Source: an uncultured Actinomycetes bacterium (GTDB lineage Bacteria > Actinomycetota > UBA4738 > JBBDTT01). Taken from it: a stretch of 64,000 nucleotides of DNA. Shown here one piece after another: positions 39,672-49,550 of the stretch. Position numbers and translations under genes: made by a program. Below the pieces are notes generated by a model. That model did not search any database and had not been told where the DNA came from. It saw nothing but the letters and a program-made list of their open reading frames with translations. The stretch lies in the NCBI GenBank assembly GCA_963742735.1, contig CAVUMN010000002.1, positions 96,001 to 160,000 on the forward strand. Direction: 5' to 3'. Position 1 is the stretch's first letter. Every line of letters begins with the position of its first letter.

Positions 39672-42600
39672 GTGGTGCGCTGTCCGGTTTGCAATCAGGA
39701 GAACCCCGAGCATGCCAAGTTCTGCCTGAACTGCGCCGCCCCGCTCGGCGCCGCGGCGATCCCCGAGGCCGAGGAGCGCAAGGTCGTCTCGGTCCTGTTC
39801 GCCGACCTCGCGGGGTTCACGGCGCGCTCGGAACAATCCGACCCCGAGGACGTCCGCGCGATCCTGCGTCCGTATCACGCCGCGCTGCGCAAGGAGATCG
39901 AGCGCTACGGCGGGACCGTCGAGAAGTTCATCGGCGACGCCGTCGTCGGGGTGTTCGGCGCGCCGGTTGCGCACGAGGACGACGCCGAGCGCGCGGTCCG
40001 CGCCGCGCTGCGCATCCAGGATGCCATCGGGGAGATGAACGCCGCCGAGCCGGGCCTCGACCTCACCGTCCGCTCGGCGGTCAACACCGGCGAGGCCGTC
40101 GTCACCCTCGCCGCCCGGACCGAGCTCGGCGAGGCCATGGTCGCCGGCGACGTCATCAACACCGCGTCGCGCCTCCAGGGCGTGTGTCCCGAGGGCGGGG
40201 TGGTCGTGGGGGAGATGACCCACCGAACGACCTCCGGGCTGTTCGACTACCGGCAGCTCGACTCCGTCCGGGTGAAGGGCAAGCGCGAGCCCGTCGCCGT
40301 CTGGCAGGCAGTCGCCCCGCTGAGCCGGTTCGGCGTCGACGTCCGACAGCATGCGGACACGCCGCTCGTCGGCCGGGACGACGAGCTCGACCTGCTCCGG
40401 CGAAGCCTCACCCGGACCCTCCGCGAGTCCAGCGTCCAGCTCGTCACCGTGATCGGCGAGCCCGGCGTCGGCAAGACCCGCTTGGTGTCGGAGGTCTTCG
40501 CCCACGTCGACGAGCTCACCGACATCGTCGCGTGGCGGCAGGGCCGGTGTCTGCCCTACGGCGAAGGCGTGACGTACTGGGCGCTGGGGGAGATCGTGAA
40601 GGCGCAGGCCGGGATCCTCGAGTCCGACACGCCCGACGAGGCCGCCGCGAAGCTCGAAGTCGCCGTGAACGGCGTGATCGAGGAAGAGGCCGACCGCGGC
40701 TGGGTCCGCGCCCGCCTCGCCCCGCTCACCGGGCTGGCCGTGGAGCAGGCCGACCAGGTCGAGAAGGGCGAGTCGTTCGCGGCCTGGCGCCGCTTCATCG
40801 AGGGCATCGCGGCCCGCGACCCGCTCGTCCTCGTCTTCGAGGACCTCCACTGGGCCGACCCCCCGCTCCTGGAGTTCATCGACCACCTCGTCGACTACGC
40901 CATCGGCGTGCCGATGCTCGTCCTGTGCACGGCCCGTCCGGAGCTGTTCGAGTCGAACCCCGATTGGGCCGGAGGCAAACGCAACTCCACGACGATCGCG
41001 CTCACGCCGCTCTCCGAGGACGAGACCGGCCGCCTGGTCTCGGCCCTCCTGCAGGACGTGACCCTCCCGCCGGACGTCCAGACGGCCCTGCTCGAACGCG
41101 CCGGCGGCAACCCCCTCTACGCCGAGGAGTTCGTCCGGATGCTCACCGACGCCGGCCTCCTCGAACGGACGAACGGCGAGGTGAAGCTCGTCACCGATCG
41201 TGACATCCCGGTGCCCGACACCGTCCAGGCGCTCATCGCCGCGCGCCTCGACACCGTGCCACCCGAGCGCAAGGCTCTCCTGCACGACGCCTCGGTGGTC
41301 GGCAAGGTGTTCTGGTCCGGCGCGCTCGCGTCCATGGGCCCTGCAGGGGAGCCCGCCGTCCGCGACGGCCTCCACGAGCTGGCGCGCAAGGAGCTGGTCC
41401 GCCCCGCGCGCACCTCCAGCGTGAAGGACCAGGCCGAGTACGCGTTCTGGCACGTCCTGGTCCGCGACGTCGCCTACTCCCAGATCCCGCGAGCCGCGCG
41501 GGCCGCGAAGCACCGCGCCGCCGCAGCCTGGATCGAGACCATCGCCGGCGATCGTGTCGCCGACCACGCCGAGCTCCTGGCCCACCACTACGTCCAGGCC
41601 CTCGAGCTCGCCCGGGCCAGCGGGGAGACGGAGGAGGCCGAGGCCCTCGAGGAGCCCGCGGCCCGGTTCCTCCAGCTCGCGGGGGACCGCGCCTACCTGC
41701 TCGACGTCCCGAGTGCCGACGCGTACTACCGCCGCGCGCTGGAGCTGTTCGCGAAGGGCCGCCCGGGCCGCGGCGAGTTCCTGGCGAAGGCCAGCCAGAC
41801 CGCCTATCTGCGGGGAGAGCTCGAGGAGGCCCGGCGGTTGGTGGAGGAGGCCGTCGAGGTCGCCCTGGCCGAGGACGATCAGCTCTCCGCGGGACGGGCG
41901 CTGCTGCATCTGGCCGAGGTCGTGTCCGACCTCGGAAGGACCGAGGCCGGCCGGGCGCCGCTGGCCCGAGCGGTCGAGATCCTCGAGGCGCTCCCGCCCG
42001 GACCGGACCTCGCCCGCGCCTACTCGTTCATGGCCCGCGACCGCACGCTGAGCGGCTACCCGGCCGAGGCTGTGCCGTGGGCCGAGAAGGCTCTGACCCT
42101 CGGCCGGGAGGTCGGGCCGCCGGCCGTCGTGGTGCGTTCGCTCCAGTACCGCGGGATGGCCCGGCAGGAGCTGGGGGATCCCGGAGGCCTGGAGGACTCG
42201 CGGGAGGCCCTGGCGGTGGCCACCGCGAGCGGGCTCGGATGGGAGACCGCGCGGGCGTACAACAACCTGTCCGACCAGGTGTGGTTCGAGGAGGGCCCCC
42301 AGGCCGGCCTTCGCCTGATCGAGGAGGGACTGAGGATCGCCGAGCAGCGGGGCGACGCGTTCGACGTGGCCTGGCTCACCGGCACGAGCATGCTTCAGCT
42401 CTACGAGGCCGGCGAGTGGGACGAGTGTCTCCGGCGGGCCACGGGGCTCTTGGAATGGAAGGCGGGGGAGAGCGGCTCCATCGGGCTCATCGCCGCGGCC
42501 GCCGCGGAGGCGGTCCAGGTCCAGCGGGGAGAGGTCGACGCGGCGGCCGCGCTCATGGAGCACTGGCTGCCGCGAGGCCTCGAGAGCCGGGAGCCCCAGA

Positions 42601-43070
42601 TGCTGATCCCGTCCCTCTCGGTGGCGACCGCCATCGAGTACGCGCGGGGGAACGCGGCGGCCGCGACCGCGCACCTGGACCGGGCGGCCGAGATCCTCGG
42701 GGCGTCGACGGGCACCCAGGGCACGCTCACCCAGCTCGATCTGCTGCGCGAGTCCGCGGCCGCGGGCGACCTCGCCCGATCGGAACTGTTGCTGTCTCGC
42801 GTCGGCGAGGCCACGAGGCGCGAGCGCCTGGCCCGCCTCTCGGGGGAGGCATACCTGGCCGAGGCGAAGGGCGATCGGGAAACGGCCGCGGCGGGATTCC
42901 GCGAAGCCGCCGGGCAATGGAAGGCGTTCGGCAGCGTCCCCGAGGAAGCCCACGCGCTGCTGGGCCTCGGCCGGGCGACCGGGGACCGCGAGGCGCTCCA
43001 ACAGGCGAGAGCCATCTTCGAGCGCCTCGGCGCGAAGCCGAGAGTCGAGGAGATCGACCGCCTGAGCTGA
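39672..43070 (+). CDS. Zinc ribbon - class III cyclase - STAND/AAA ATPase - TPR protein
   Basis: CPVC..CLNC, FADLAGF, EKFIGDAV, GDVINTASRLQ, GEPGVGKT, FEDLHWAD, GGNPLY. Confidence 0.93.
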   Translation: MVRCPVCNQENPEHAKFCLNCAAPLGAAAIPEAEERKVVSVLFADLAGFTARSEQSDPEDVRAILRPYHAALRKEIERYGGTVEKFIGDAVVGVFGAPVAHEDDAERAVRAALRIQDAIGEMNAAEPGLDLTVRSAVNTGEAVVTLAARTELGEAMVAGDVINTASRLQGVCPEGGVVVGEMTHRTTSGLFDYRQLDSVRVKGKREPVAVWQAVAPLSRFGVDVRQHADTPLVGRDDELDLLRRSLTRTLRESSVQLVTVIGEPGVGKTRLVSEVFAHVDELTDIVAWRQGRCLPYGEGVTYWALGEIVKAQAGILESDTPDEAAAKLEVAVNGVIEEEADRGWVRARLAPLTGLAVEQADQVEKGESFAAWRRFIEGIAARDPLVLVFEDLHWADPPLLEFIDHLVDYAIGVPMLVLCTARPELFESNPDWAGGKRNSTTIALTPLSEDETGRLVSALLQDVTLPPDVQTALLERAGGNPLYAEEFVRMLTDAGLLERTNGEVKLVTDRDIPVPDTVQALIAARLDTVPPERKALLHDASVVGKVFWSGALASMGPAGEPAVRDGLHELARKELVRPARTSSVKDQAEYAFWHVLVRDVAYSQIPRAARAAKHRAAAAWIETIAGDRVADHAELLAHHYVQALELARASGETEEAEALEEPAARFLQLAGDRAYLLDVPSADAYYRRALELFAKGRPGRGEFLAKASQTAYLRGELEEARRLVEEAVEVALAEDDQLSAGRALLHLAEVVSDLGRTEAGRAPLARAVEILEALPPGPDLARAYSFMARDRTLSGYPAEAVPWAEKALTLGREVGPPAVVVRSLQYRGMARQELGDPGGLEDSREALAVATASGLGWETARAYNNLSDQVWFEEGPQAGLRLIEEGLRIAEQRGDAFDVAWLTGTSMLQLYEAGEWDECLRRATGLLEWKAGESGSIGLIAAAAAEAVQVQRGEVDAAAALMEHWLPRGLESREPQMLIPSLSVATAIEYARGNAAAATAHLDRAAEILGASTGTQGTLTQLDLLRESAAAGDLARSELLLSRVGEATRRERLARLSGEAYLAEAKGDRETAAAGFREAAGQWKAFGSVPEEAHALLGLGRATGDREALQQARAIFERLGAKPRVEEIDRLS

Positions 43071-43154
43071 GAGATTCGTCACAAGGGGGTAGACGGACTC
43101 CGGCGCGCCTCCCACAATCCTCTCCGAGCGCTCATCTCGCCACCGGGAGGGTCC

Positions 43155-44690
43155 GTGTCCCGCCGCCGTACGCCGACAACACTCGTTGCCGCCGCCGTGT
43201 TCATCGTCATGGCTCTGGCATCGGGGTCGGTCCATGCCGAGGAGTGCACGCCCGGCCAGGACGGCTGCCTGCCCACGCCCGAGCAGTGCGCGACGGGCGA
43301 GCACAACGGCGTCGCCCTTGGCGAGGCGTTCCTCTCACTGTCGGTGTGCGCCGGCGCCGGGGGGGCGGCGCTCGTCTACGCCGGCGGCCAGCCGAACCCG
43401 CTCGCCCTGTGCGGCGCGATCGTCGTGGCCGGGCAGGTCCTGGCCGACGCCGATCCCAACGCCTGTACGGACGTCGACGGCCTGCTTCCTCCCCGCGTCC
43501 CGTATCGCGTGGTCCTGCCCGCGGACTATCGAACGTCGGGCCGCCGCTACCCCGTCGTCTACCTGCTCGCCGGCGGCGGCCACGACCAGGACGCGTGGCT
43601 CACCTACGACCCCGCCGATCCGAAGCTCCTGCAGACGCTGGCGAACCGAGGTGTGATCATCGTCTCGGTCTTCACGGGGATCACGTTCCACACCAACTGG
43701 CGCGACGGCACCGGCAACTACGAGTCGATGTTCGTCAACCAGGTCATCCCGGCGGTGGACCGGACGTATCGCACGATCGCCCGCCGAGGCGGACGGGCGA
43801 TCGCCGGGTTCTCGATGGGCGGCTACGGCGCGCTCGCCCTGGCCGCCCACCATCCGGACCTCTTCGCCGCGATCGGCTCGTTCTCCGGAGTGGCGGACAC
43901 CACGCAGGTGACGGAGGAGGTCAACTGGTATGTCGGGCCGGTCTCCCTCGGAACGTGGGATTCACCCGTGGGCCCCACCCCGTGGGGGGACCCCGTGACG
44001 AACGAGCTCTGGTGGCGGGACGCGAACCCCGTCGATCTGGTCCACTCCTACAACGGCACCTCGATCTGGCTGTCGACGGGTGACGGGACTCCGACCGAGG
44101 AGGAGCTTGCCGCCGGCGATCCGTTCGTGGCCCTGGGCGCGCAGGCCGAGGCGGCGATCTACCTGACGAACGAGACGCTGCACTCGGCGCTGGAGGGTGC
44201 CGGGATCCCGCACGACTACCGGGTCCATCCGGGGACCCACAGCGGCGTCGCGGCCGCGCGGGACCTGCGCGACTGGTTTCCGACGTTGTTGAAGGCCTTT
44301 GGCAGAAAGGATCCGGCGATCTTCCACCTGGATCGCGCGATCCCTGCGTTCGGGGCGTTCGGGTGGACGTTCCGCGCGGATCCGGAGCGGGCGCCCGAGG
44401 TCCTCCAGGTGGTGCGGGCCAGCCGCCGGGGCGTGTCGTTCCACGGATCGGGACAGACCCGCGTCACCACGCCGGCGTGGTTCCGGCCGGGGTCGCGGGT
44501 GCGGGTGAGCGACGAACTGGGCGCCGAGCCCGTGATCGGCACCGCCGGCAGGACGGGGAGGCTGTCCTTCACCGTCGACCTCGGCGCCCCGCATGCGTAC
44601 CAGCAGTACACGGCGCCCGCCCTCGCCGCGCAGTCGAACTCGTTCGCCCCCTACTGGGGGATCGCGATCCTGACGTTCACGATCCTCTAG
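43155..44690 (+). CDS. Secreted esterase (alpha/beta hydrolase)
   Basis: Signal peptide, YPVVYLL, GFSMGG, PGTH. Confidence 0.85.
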   Translation: MSRRRTPTTLVAAAVFIVMALASGSVHAEECTPGQDGCLPTPEQCATGEHNGVALGEAFLSLSVCAGAGGAALVYAGGQPNPLALCGAIVVAGQVLADADPNACTDVDGLLPPRVPYRVVLPADYRTSGRRYPVVYLLAGGGHDQDAWLTYDPADPKLLQTLANRGVIIVSVFTGITFHTNWRDGTGNYESMFVNQVIPAVDRTYRTIARRGGRAIAGFSMGGYGALALAAHHPDLFAAIGSFSGVADTTQVTEEVNWYVGPVSLGTWDSPVGPTPWGDPVTNELWWRDANPVDLVHSYNGTSIWLSTGDGTPTEEELAAGDPFVALGAQAEAAIYLTNETLHSALEGAGIPHDYRVHPGTHSGVAAARDLRDWFPTLLKAFGRKDPAIFHLDRAIPAFGAFGWTFRADPERAPEVLQVVRASRRGVSFHGSGQTRVTTPAWFRPGSRVRVSDELGAEPVIGTAGRTGRLSFTVDLGAPHAYQQYTAPALAAQSNSFAPYWGIAILTFTIL

Positions 44691-44692
44691 GC

Positions 44693-44712
44693 CCGGGGCG
44701 AAACGGCTCCGG
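44693..44712 (+). terminator. GC-rich hairpin after esterase stop
   Basis: CCGGGGC-GAAACG-GCTCCGG (one G-U pair), no U tract. Confidence 0.35.
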
Positions 44713-44783
44713 GGGCCGCTGCCCAATGCCCGCCAAGTTGCACGAAGAAGGACTATTGACTCCTGGCCGGGCGAAGCCCATAG

Positions 44784-45650
44784 CCTCGCCGCAACAACCG
44801 AGAGGCGGGCACGTTCACCTCGGGGAGCATCGGCACGACCAGCCTGGTCGTCGGTGAGACCTACTACAGCTGCGTGCAGGCATTCGACGCCGCCGGCAAC
44901 GAGAGCCCGATAACGGCATCCGACGGCGTCACGGTCGTCGCGCCCTCCTCCGGCGCCGACCTCGAGGCCGGCGTCGAGGACTCGGCCGACCCGGTCGCGG
45001 CCGGAACGACGCTCACCTACACCGCGCGGGTCCGCAACCTCGGCCCGGACGCGGCCACGAGCGTGACGGGCACCATCGAGCTCCCCGAATACGGGGTGTT
45101 CGTCTCGGCCACGCCGGGCCAGGGAACCTGCGGCACGCCGGTGAACAAGCTGATCAGCTGCAACTTCGGGACCATCGCCTCGGGTGCAACGGTGGACACC
45201 ACGGTCGTCGTGCGCATGACCCACGCCGGATCCCGCAGGCTCCGGCTGCTGGGGCTGGACTCCGCCGAGAACGAGCCGGTCTCGAACAACCACAGCAGCT
45301 CCGAGACGACGACGGTCAACGTCAACACCTCGGTGGTTCCGGGCGTGTCCTGCACCGTGGTCGGCACGAGTGCATCCGAGACCCTGGACGGCACGCCCGG
45401 CAACGACACGATCTGTCTGCTCGGGGGCAACGACGTCTCCAACGGCAAGGCCGGCAACGACCGGATCATCGGCGGCACGGGTATCGACAACCTCCAGGGC
45501 GGGGGAATGGGCAACGACACCCTGGAGGGCAACGGGGGCGGCGACACCCTGAACGTCAAGGACGGCTCGGGCGGCGACGCGGTCCACGGCGGCGACGGCT
45601 CCGACACCTGCAAGAAGGACCCGGGAGACACGGCCACGGGCTGCCCGTAG
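44784..45650 (+). pseudogene. 5'-truncated FN3-like + DUF11 + RTX-repeat surface protein
   Basis: Frame opens after TAG 44781 mid-domain (GETYYSCVQAFDAAGNES); ADL..DPV..TYT..VRNLGPD DUF11; GGxGxD repeats; no signal peptide. Confidence 0.6.
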
Positions 45651-45707
45651 GGCCGTCCAGCCGCTCGCAGACGCGAGTCGGCGGTATCACGGCACTGCTA
45701 TATGGCC

Positions 45708-46067
45708 TCACGAAAGGGTCGCGGGCGGCCTGACCTCCAGCCCCGGCACCCTCGCGAAGTCGCGGGTGTTGCGGGTCATGAGGTCCAGCTTGTGAGCGAT
45801 CGCGGACGCCGCGATCAGCGCGTCGGGCGTCCGGATTCGGAGGTCGCGGCGCAGACGTCCGGCCCGCTCGGCGATCCGGCGGTCGACGGGGATCTCGGTG
45901 AACGGCGCGAGCAGGCGGTTGATGGTCCGCTCGTCGGCGCCGCGTCCGGCGAAGAGCTCGCACCGGGTGACGACGGAATAGGACACTCGGTCCGTGCCGG
46001 GATCGAACCTCCGCTCGCCGGTCAGGTGGGAGATCAGGACGTCGGTGTCGACCAGGACCTCAGCCAC
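45708..46067 (-). CDS. vapC: PIN-domain toxin
   Basis: LVDTDVLI, CEL, PDALIAASA, TRNTRDF. Confidence 0.9.
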   Translation of the reverse strand: MAEVLVDTDVLISHLTGERRFDPGTDRVSYSVVTRCELFAGRGADERTINRLLAPFTEIPVDRRIAERAGRLRRDLRIRTPDALIAASAIAHKLDLMTRNTRDFARVPGLEVRPPATLS

Positions 46068-46281
46068 GGTCCCACTCGTCACGGGAGGGGGCCTTCAGGC
46101 GGGGGAGCGCGCCGAACGTAGCCTCGAGGGCCGATCCCGGATCCGGCGCCGCCCGGTCGAGATAGGCGTCCACCGCGTCTCGAATGACCTCTGCCAGGGA
46201 AACGTCCCGGCCCTTCGCGAGTTGATCCAGGCGTCGCCGCTGCTCGGCGGTCAGGTAGATCTGGGTGCGGGTGGATGCCAT
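46060..46281 (-). CDS. vapB: RHH/CopG-type antitoxin
   Basis: TRTQIYLT...SLAEVIRDAVD; overlaps toxin start. Confidence 0.85.
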   Translation of the reverse strand: MASTRTQIYLTAEQRRRLDQLAKGRDVSLAEVIRDAVDAYLDRAAPDPGSALEATFGALPRLKAPSRDEWDRG

Positions 46282-46296
46282 ATACAGCGCAGTATA
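46281..46296 (-). promoter_or_regulatory. Operator/-10 of TA operon 2
   Basis: TATAC-AGCGCA-GTATA IR; contains minus-strand TATACT just before the ATG. Confidence 0.6.
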
Positions 46297-46299
46297 CAT

Positions 46300-46704
46300 C
46301 TACATCGCTTTGTCCCCAGGCAGCCACCCGATCCCCTCCGCGATGCGTTCGACCCGTCGGACGATCGACCCGAACCCCCGCGGCTCCGGGTTCGAGTCGT
46401 CTCCCTCGACGGTCCGGTCACCGTCGCTGGTCCTGACGGTGATCGCCTGGGCGGAGGAGCAGGTCGTGAGCGGCGGGTACTCGGCGTCCCAGGTGAAGAA
46501 CCCGGACCGCTCGATGGACGAGGCGAGCGCCTCGAACTGCGCCGGTTCGAAGACGCCATGGTCGAATCCGAACGCCGAGACGAACGCGTCCCCGAACCAG
46601 GTGGCCGTCCCGTCGCGCCGCACCGTGCAGCGATAGACCGGGCACGGGCCGTAGCACATGCCCCGGCTGACGATGACCTCGAGGATGCCGCCGGCGGATC
46701 GCAT
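46300..46704 (-). CDS. DUF6438-like protein
   Basis: SRGMCYGPCPVY...RRDG signature. Confidence 0.65.
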   Translation of the reverse strand: MRSAGGILEVIVSRGMCYGPCPVYRCTVRRDGTATWFGDAFVSAFGFDHGVFEPAQFEALASSIERSGFFTWDAEYPPLTTCSSAQAITVRTSDGDRTVEGDDSNPEPRGFGSIVRRVERIAEGIGWLPGDKAM

Positions 46705-46763
46705 GCGCCCAGGCTACGAAGGGGGTATGACACGAACCGGATCCGAGTGAGGGGAGCGCAGCG

Positions 46764-47189
46764 ATGACGGAAGCGATCGTGGTTCAGCCGGGCGGGGGAG
46801 ACGAGGTCCGCACCGGCGGAGGCGTGGCGCACATCAAGGCGGAGCTCGAGGTCCTCCACGTGAACGAGGTCGAGTCCGGCCCGATGGACATGATCCCCCT
46901 GCACACCCACGAGCGGCACGCCGACGCGTTCTACGTCCTGGAGGGCGAGCTCGAGATCGCGACGTCGGAGACCGAGACGATCCGGCTGGGGGCCGGCGGG
47001 TTCGCCGTCGCCCCGCCGGGAGCCCTCCACGCGTTCGGCGTCCCCGAGCGGGCGCGATACCTGAACATCCATGCCCCCGGGATGGCCTTCGCGACCTACC
47101 TGCGCGAGCAGGTGGAGTACGGCCGGAAGGGCGAGCGCCCTCCACCCGAGTTCTTCGAGCGCTTCGACGTGCACTATCCGAATCAGTGA
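46764..47189 (+). CDS. Cupin-domain protein
   Basis: PLHTH..DAFYVLEGE, PPGALHAF. Confidence 0.85.
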   Translation: MTEAIVVQPGGGDEVRTGGGVAHIKAELEVLHVNEVESGPMDMIPLHTHERHADAFYVLEGELEIATSETETIRLGAGGFAVAPPGALHAFGVPERARYLNIHAPGMAFATYLREQVEYGRKGERPPPEFFERFDVHYPNQ

Positions 47190-48085
47190 CTGAACGCGTC
47201 GCCGGCCTCGCGCTGGGGTTTGCCCTCGTCGTCGGGATCCTCGGATCCTGCGACGCCGAAGCCCCGGTGCCTACCGCCGCCCCGACCGCGATCGGCTCGC
47301 CGGTCTCGCCCGTTGCTTCGCCGCTTCCGGTCGCCATCCCCGAGCGTCCCTCGGCCGACGCCCGGGCCCTCGCCGCGGAGATCGAGCTGGTCGAGGACGT
47401 CCTGCACGACCCGACCGAGCCCGCGGAGCGCCTGCGAGCCGCCGGCGAGCTCCAGCAGCTGGCCTGCCGAAAGCTCGCGCGGGCGCCGGGCCTCATGGAG
47501 CGGGTGACGCCGTTGCTGTCGCCGCGGGCGCGCCGAAGCATGACCGCCGCCCTCACGGGCATCAGGGAGCTGTCGGTGATCGTCCCCGCACAGGAGGCGT
47601 TCCCCAGGGACTGGCGGATCGTGGCGCCCCCGCCGGCCGACGACCTCCTCGGGTACTACCGGGAGGCCGAACGCCGGTACGGCGTGCCGTGGGGCTACCT
47701 CGCGGCGATCCACCTGGTGGAGACGCGGATGAGCCGCATCGTGGGGCCGAGCTACGCCGGCGCCCAGGGACCGATGCAGTTCATCCCGTCGACGTGGGAG
47801 GCCTACGGCGAGGGCGGCGACATCCACGACACGCGCGACGCCATCATGGCGGCGGCCCGGCTGCTACGCGCCAACGGCGCACCGGGAAACATGGACAACG
47901 CCACCTATCGCTACAACCCGTCCTGGAACTACGTGGCCGGCATCAAGTCGCACGCGAGGCACATGCTCGCCGACCCCCGCGCCTTCTACGGGTACCACGC
48001 CTGGCGGGTGTTCTACCGGCATGTCGATGGGGAGTTCATCCTGCCCGTGGGGTACCCGAAGACTCGCCCCGAACCGGCGTCCTAA
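47186..48085 (+). CDS. Lytic transglycosylase (SLT) lipoprotein
   Basis: LGSC lipobox, LAAIHLVET, AGAQGPMQF, YN. Confidence 0.88.
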   Translation: MTERVAGLALGFALVVGILGSCDAEAPVPTAAPTAIGSPVSPVASPLPVAIPERPSADARALAAEIELVEDVLHDPTEPAERLRAAGELQQLACRKLARAPGLMERVTPLLSPRARRSMTAALTGIRELSVIVPAQEAFPRDWRIVAPPPADDLLGYYREAERRYGVPWGYLAAIHLVETRMSRIVGPSYAGAQGPMQFIPSTWEAYGEGGDIHDTRDAIMAAARLLRANGAPGNMDNATYRYNPSWNYVAGIKSHARHMLADPRAFYGYHAWRVFYRHVDGEFILPVGYPKTRPEPAS

Positions 48086-48095
48086 CGCCAGAGCG

Positions 48096-48827
48096 TCAGA
48101 AGCTGGTGCGCTCGGGGTCCTGGTCCCGGGCGTTCACGTCCTCATCCCAGTGATCGGCCCGGTTCCCCGTGGTCGGCAGCCCGCCGGCGTCCTTGAGCGC
48201 GCGGGCGGTGTGCATCAGGTTCCACGACATGATGGTGCAGTTCTTCAGCGTGAAGTCGTTGTCGTAGCCGACGGGTACCTCGGAGCCCTCGAGGACGTCC
48301 CCGTAGCTCGGGCCCGGGCCGGCCTCGCCGATCCAGCCGCAGTCGGCCTGCGGAGGGATCGTGTAGCCGATGTGCTGCATCGCGTAGAGGATCTGCATGG
48401 AGCACGCCTTGACGCCGTCCTCGTTGCCGGTGACCACGCAGCCCGCCGTCTTGCCGTAGTAGAGGTACTGGCCCTTCTCGTTGCGGTCTCCGCTGTAGGC
48501 GTACATCCGCTCGATCACCAGGCTCGCCACGCTCGACTTCATCCCGAGCCAGATCGGCGTGCCGACGACCAGGATGTCGGCGTCCATGATCTTGGCCTGG
48601 ATGCCCGGCCAGTCGTCGCGCGCCCGGCCACTCTCCGAGGTCGCGTCCTTCACCATCCCGAACGCGATCTCGTGATCCAGGACGTGCAGCAGCTCCACGG
48701 CGACTCCCTGCGACGCCATGATCCCCGCCGACCGCGCCAGCAGCCTCCGGGTGTGCGACGAAGCGGCGTCGTACTTGATGGAGCAGTTGAGCAGCAGGGC
48801 TTTGAGGTCTTCGAATCCGCTGGTCAT
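48096..48827 (-). CDS. Flavodoxin-like NAD(P)H-dependent oxidoreductase
   Basis: LNCS, SHT, ADILVVGTPIWLG, TGNEDG, WIGEAGPGPSY. Confidence 0.9.
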   Translation of the reverse strand: MTSGFEDLKALLLNCSIKYDAASSHTRRLLARSAGIMASQGVAVELLHVLDHEIAFGMVKDATSESGRARDDWPGIQAKIMDADILVVGTPIWLGMKSSVASLVIERMYAYSGDRNEKGQYLYYGKTAGCVVTGNEDGVKACSMQILYAMQHIGYTIPPQADCGWIGEAGPGPSYGDVLEGSEVPVGYDNDFTLKNCTIMSWNLMHTARALKDAGGLPTTGNRADHWDEDVNARDQDPERTSF

Positions 48828-48847
48828 GCGGGCAGTCTACGCACGCG

Positions 48848-49258
48848 CTACGGGTGGATCTCGTACGTCGGCGTCAGGACGCGAACCAGGCGACGAACGG
48901 TCCTCTCCAGGGCGCGATCCGTCGTCACCAGGGTCGCGTCGAGGGCCTCGGCCAGGGTGACGTACATGGCATCGTACGGGCTGATCCGGTCCTGGAGCTG
49001 CCAGGCACGGTCGACCAGCGGGAACAGCGGGTAACGCGCCAGCGGCAGAGCCTCGAGGTCCTCGAGCGCTGCCCGGGCATCCCCTCGTCGCAGATGGCCA
49101 CCCAGCATCAGGCCGCGGATCGCCGAGAGCACCTCGACATCCACCAGGTGAGGGGCCGCGACGTTCGGCGCCGCCTCGCCCAGCCGCGCGGCGACCCACT
49201 CCTCGTGCTCCCGTCGCGCGAGCAGGTCGACCACCGCAGAGGCATCGAGGACGATCAC
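48848..49258 (-). CDS. vapC: PIN-domain toxin
   Basis: IVLDASA, DVEV, YDAMYVTLAE, LVTTD. Confidence 0.9.
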   Translation of the reverse strand: MIVLDASAVVDLLARREHEEWVAARLGEAAPNVAAPHLVDVEVLSAIRGLMLGGHLRRGDARAALEDLEALPLARYPLFPLVDRAWQLQDRISPYDAMYVTLAEALDATLVTTDRALERTVRRLVRVLTPTYEIHP

Positions 49259-49488
49259 GGGAGCGGTCCACGGAGCTGCCGGATGATCTCGGCGCCGCCC
49301 GGGCCGTCCTTCTGCTTTGGACGCGATCGGATCCGTTGAAGCACCTCCTGCAGGCTTGGTCGATCGGCGAGGGGAGCGATCTCCGACAGCAGGTAGTCCG
49401 AAAGTGACATCCCGGCCAGGGCCGCCTTTGCCTTGAGCTTGCGGTGCACGTCCTCGGGAACGTTGCGGATCTGGATCATCTTCGACAT
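49255..49488 (-). CDS. FitA-like RHH antitoxin
   Basis: MIQIRNVPEDVHRKLKAKAALAGMSLSDYLL. Confidence 0.85.
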   Translation of the reverse strand: MSKMIQIRNVPEDVHRKLKAKAALAGMSLSDYLLSEIAPLADRPSLQEVLQRIRSRPKQKDGPGGAEIIRQLRGPLP

Positions 49489-49503
49489 GTCCTCCACATT
49501 AAC

Positions 49504-49520
49504 GCATGTGCACTACATGC
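49504..49520 (-). promoter_or_regulatory. Operator of TA operon 3
   Basis: GCATGT-N5-ACATGC IR upstream of antitoxin. Confidence 0.6.
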
Positions 49521-49550
49521 AGACGCACACGGCGAGGGAGGGTGACGAAC

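Noticed and set aside
39672-43070. Cyclase-STAND-TPR protein as a new immune system
   Set aside because: Common expanded signalling family; no linked effector gene here
39357-43304. 1315-aa minus-strand ORF and similar long antisense ORFs (845-2383, 2542-4716, 8232-9779)
   Set aside because: Shadow frames of real high-GC genes; only the last 63 codons of this one look genuine
44691-44815. Riboswitch (e.g. c-di-GMP) in a hairpin-rich gap
   Set aside because: Inverted repeats are present but no aptamer consensus could be matched by eye
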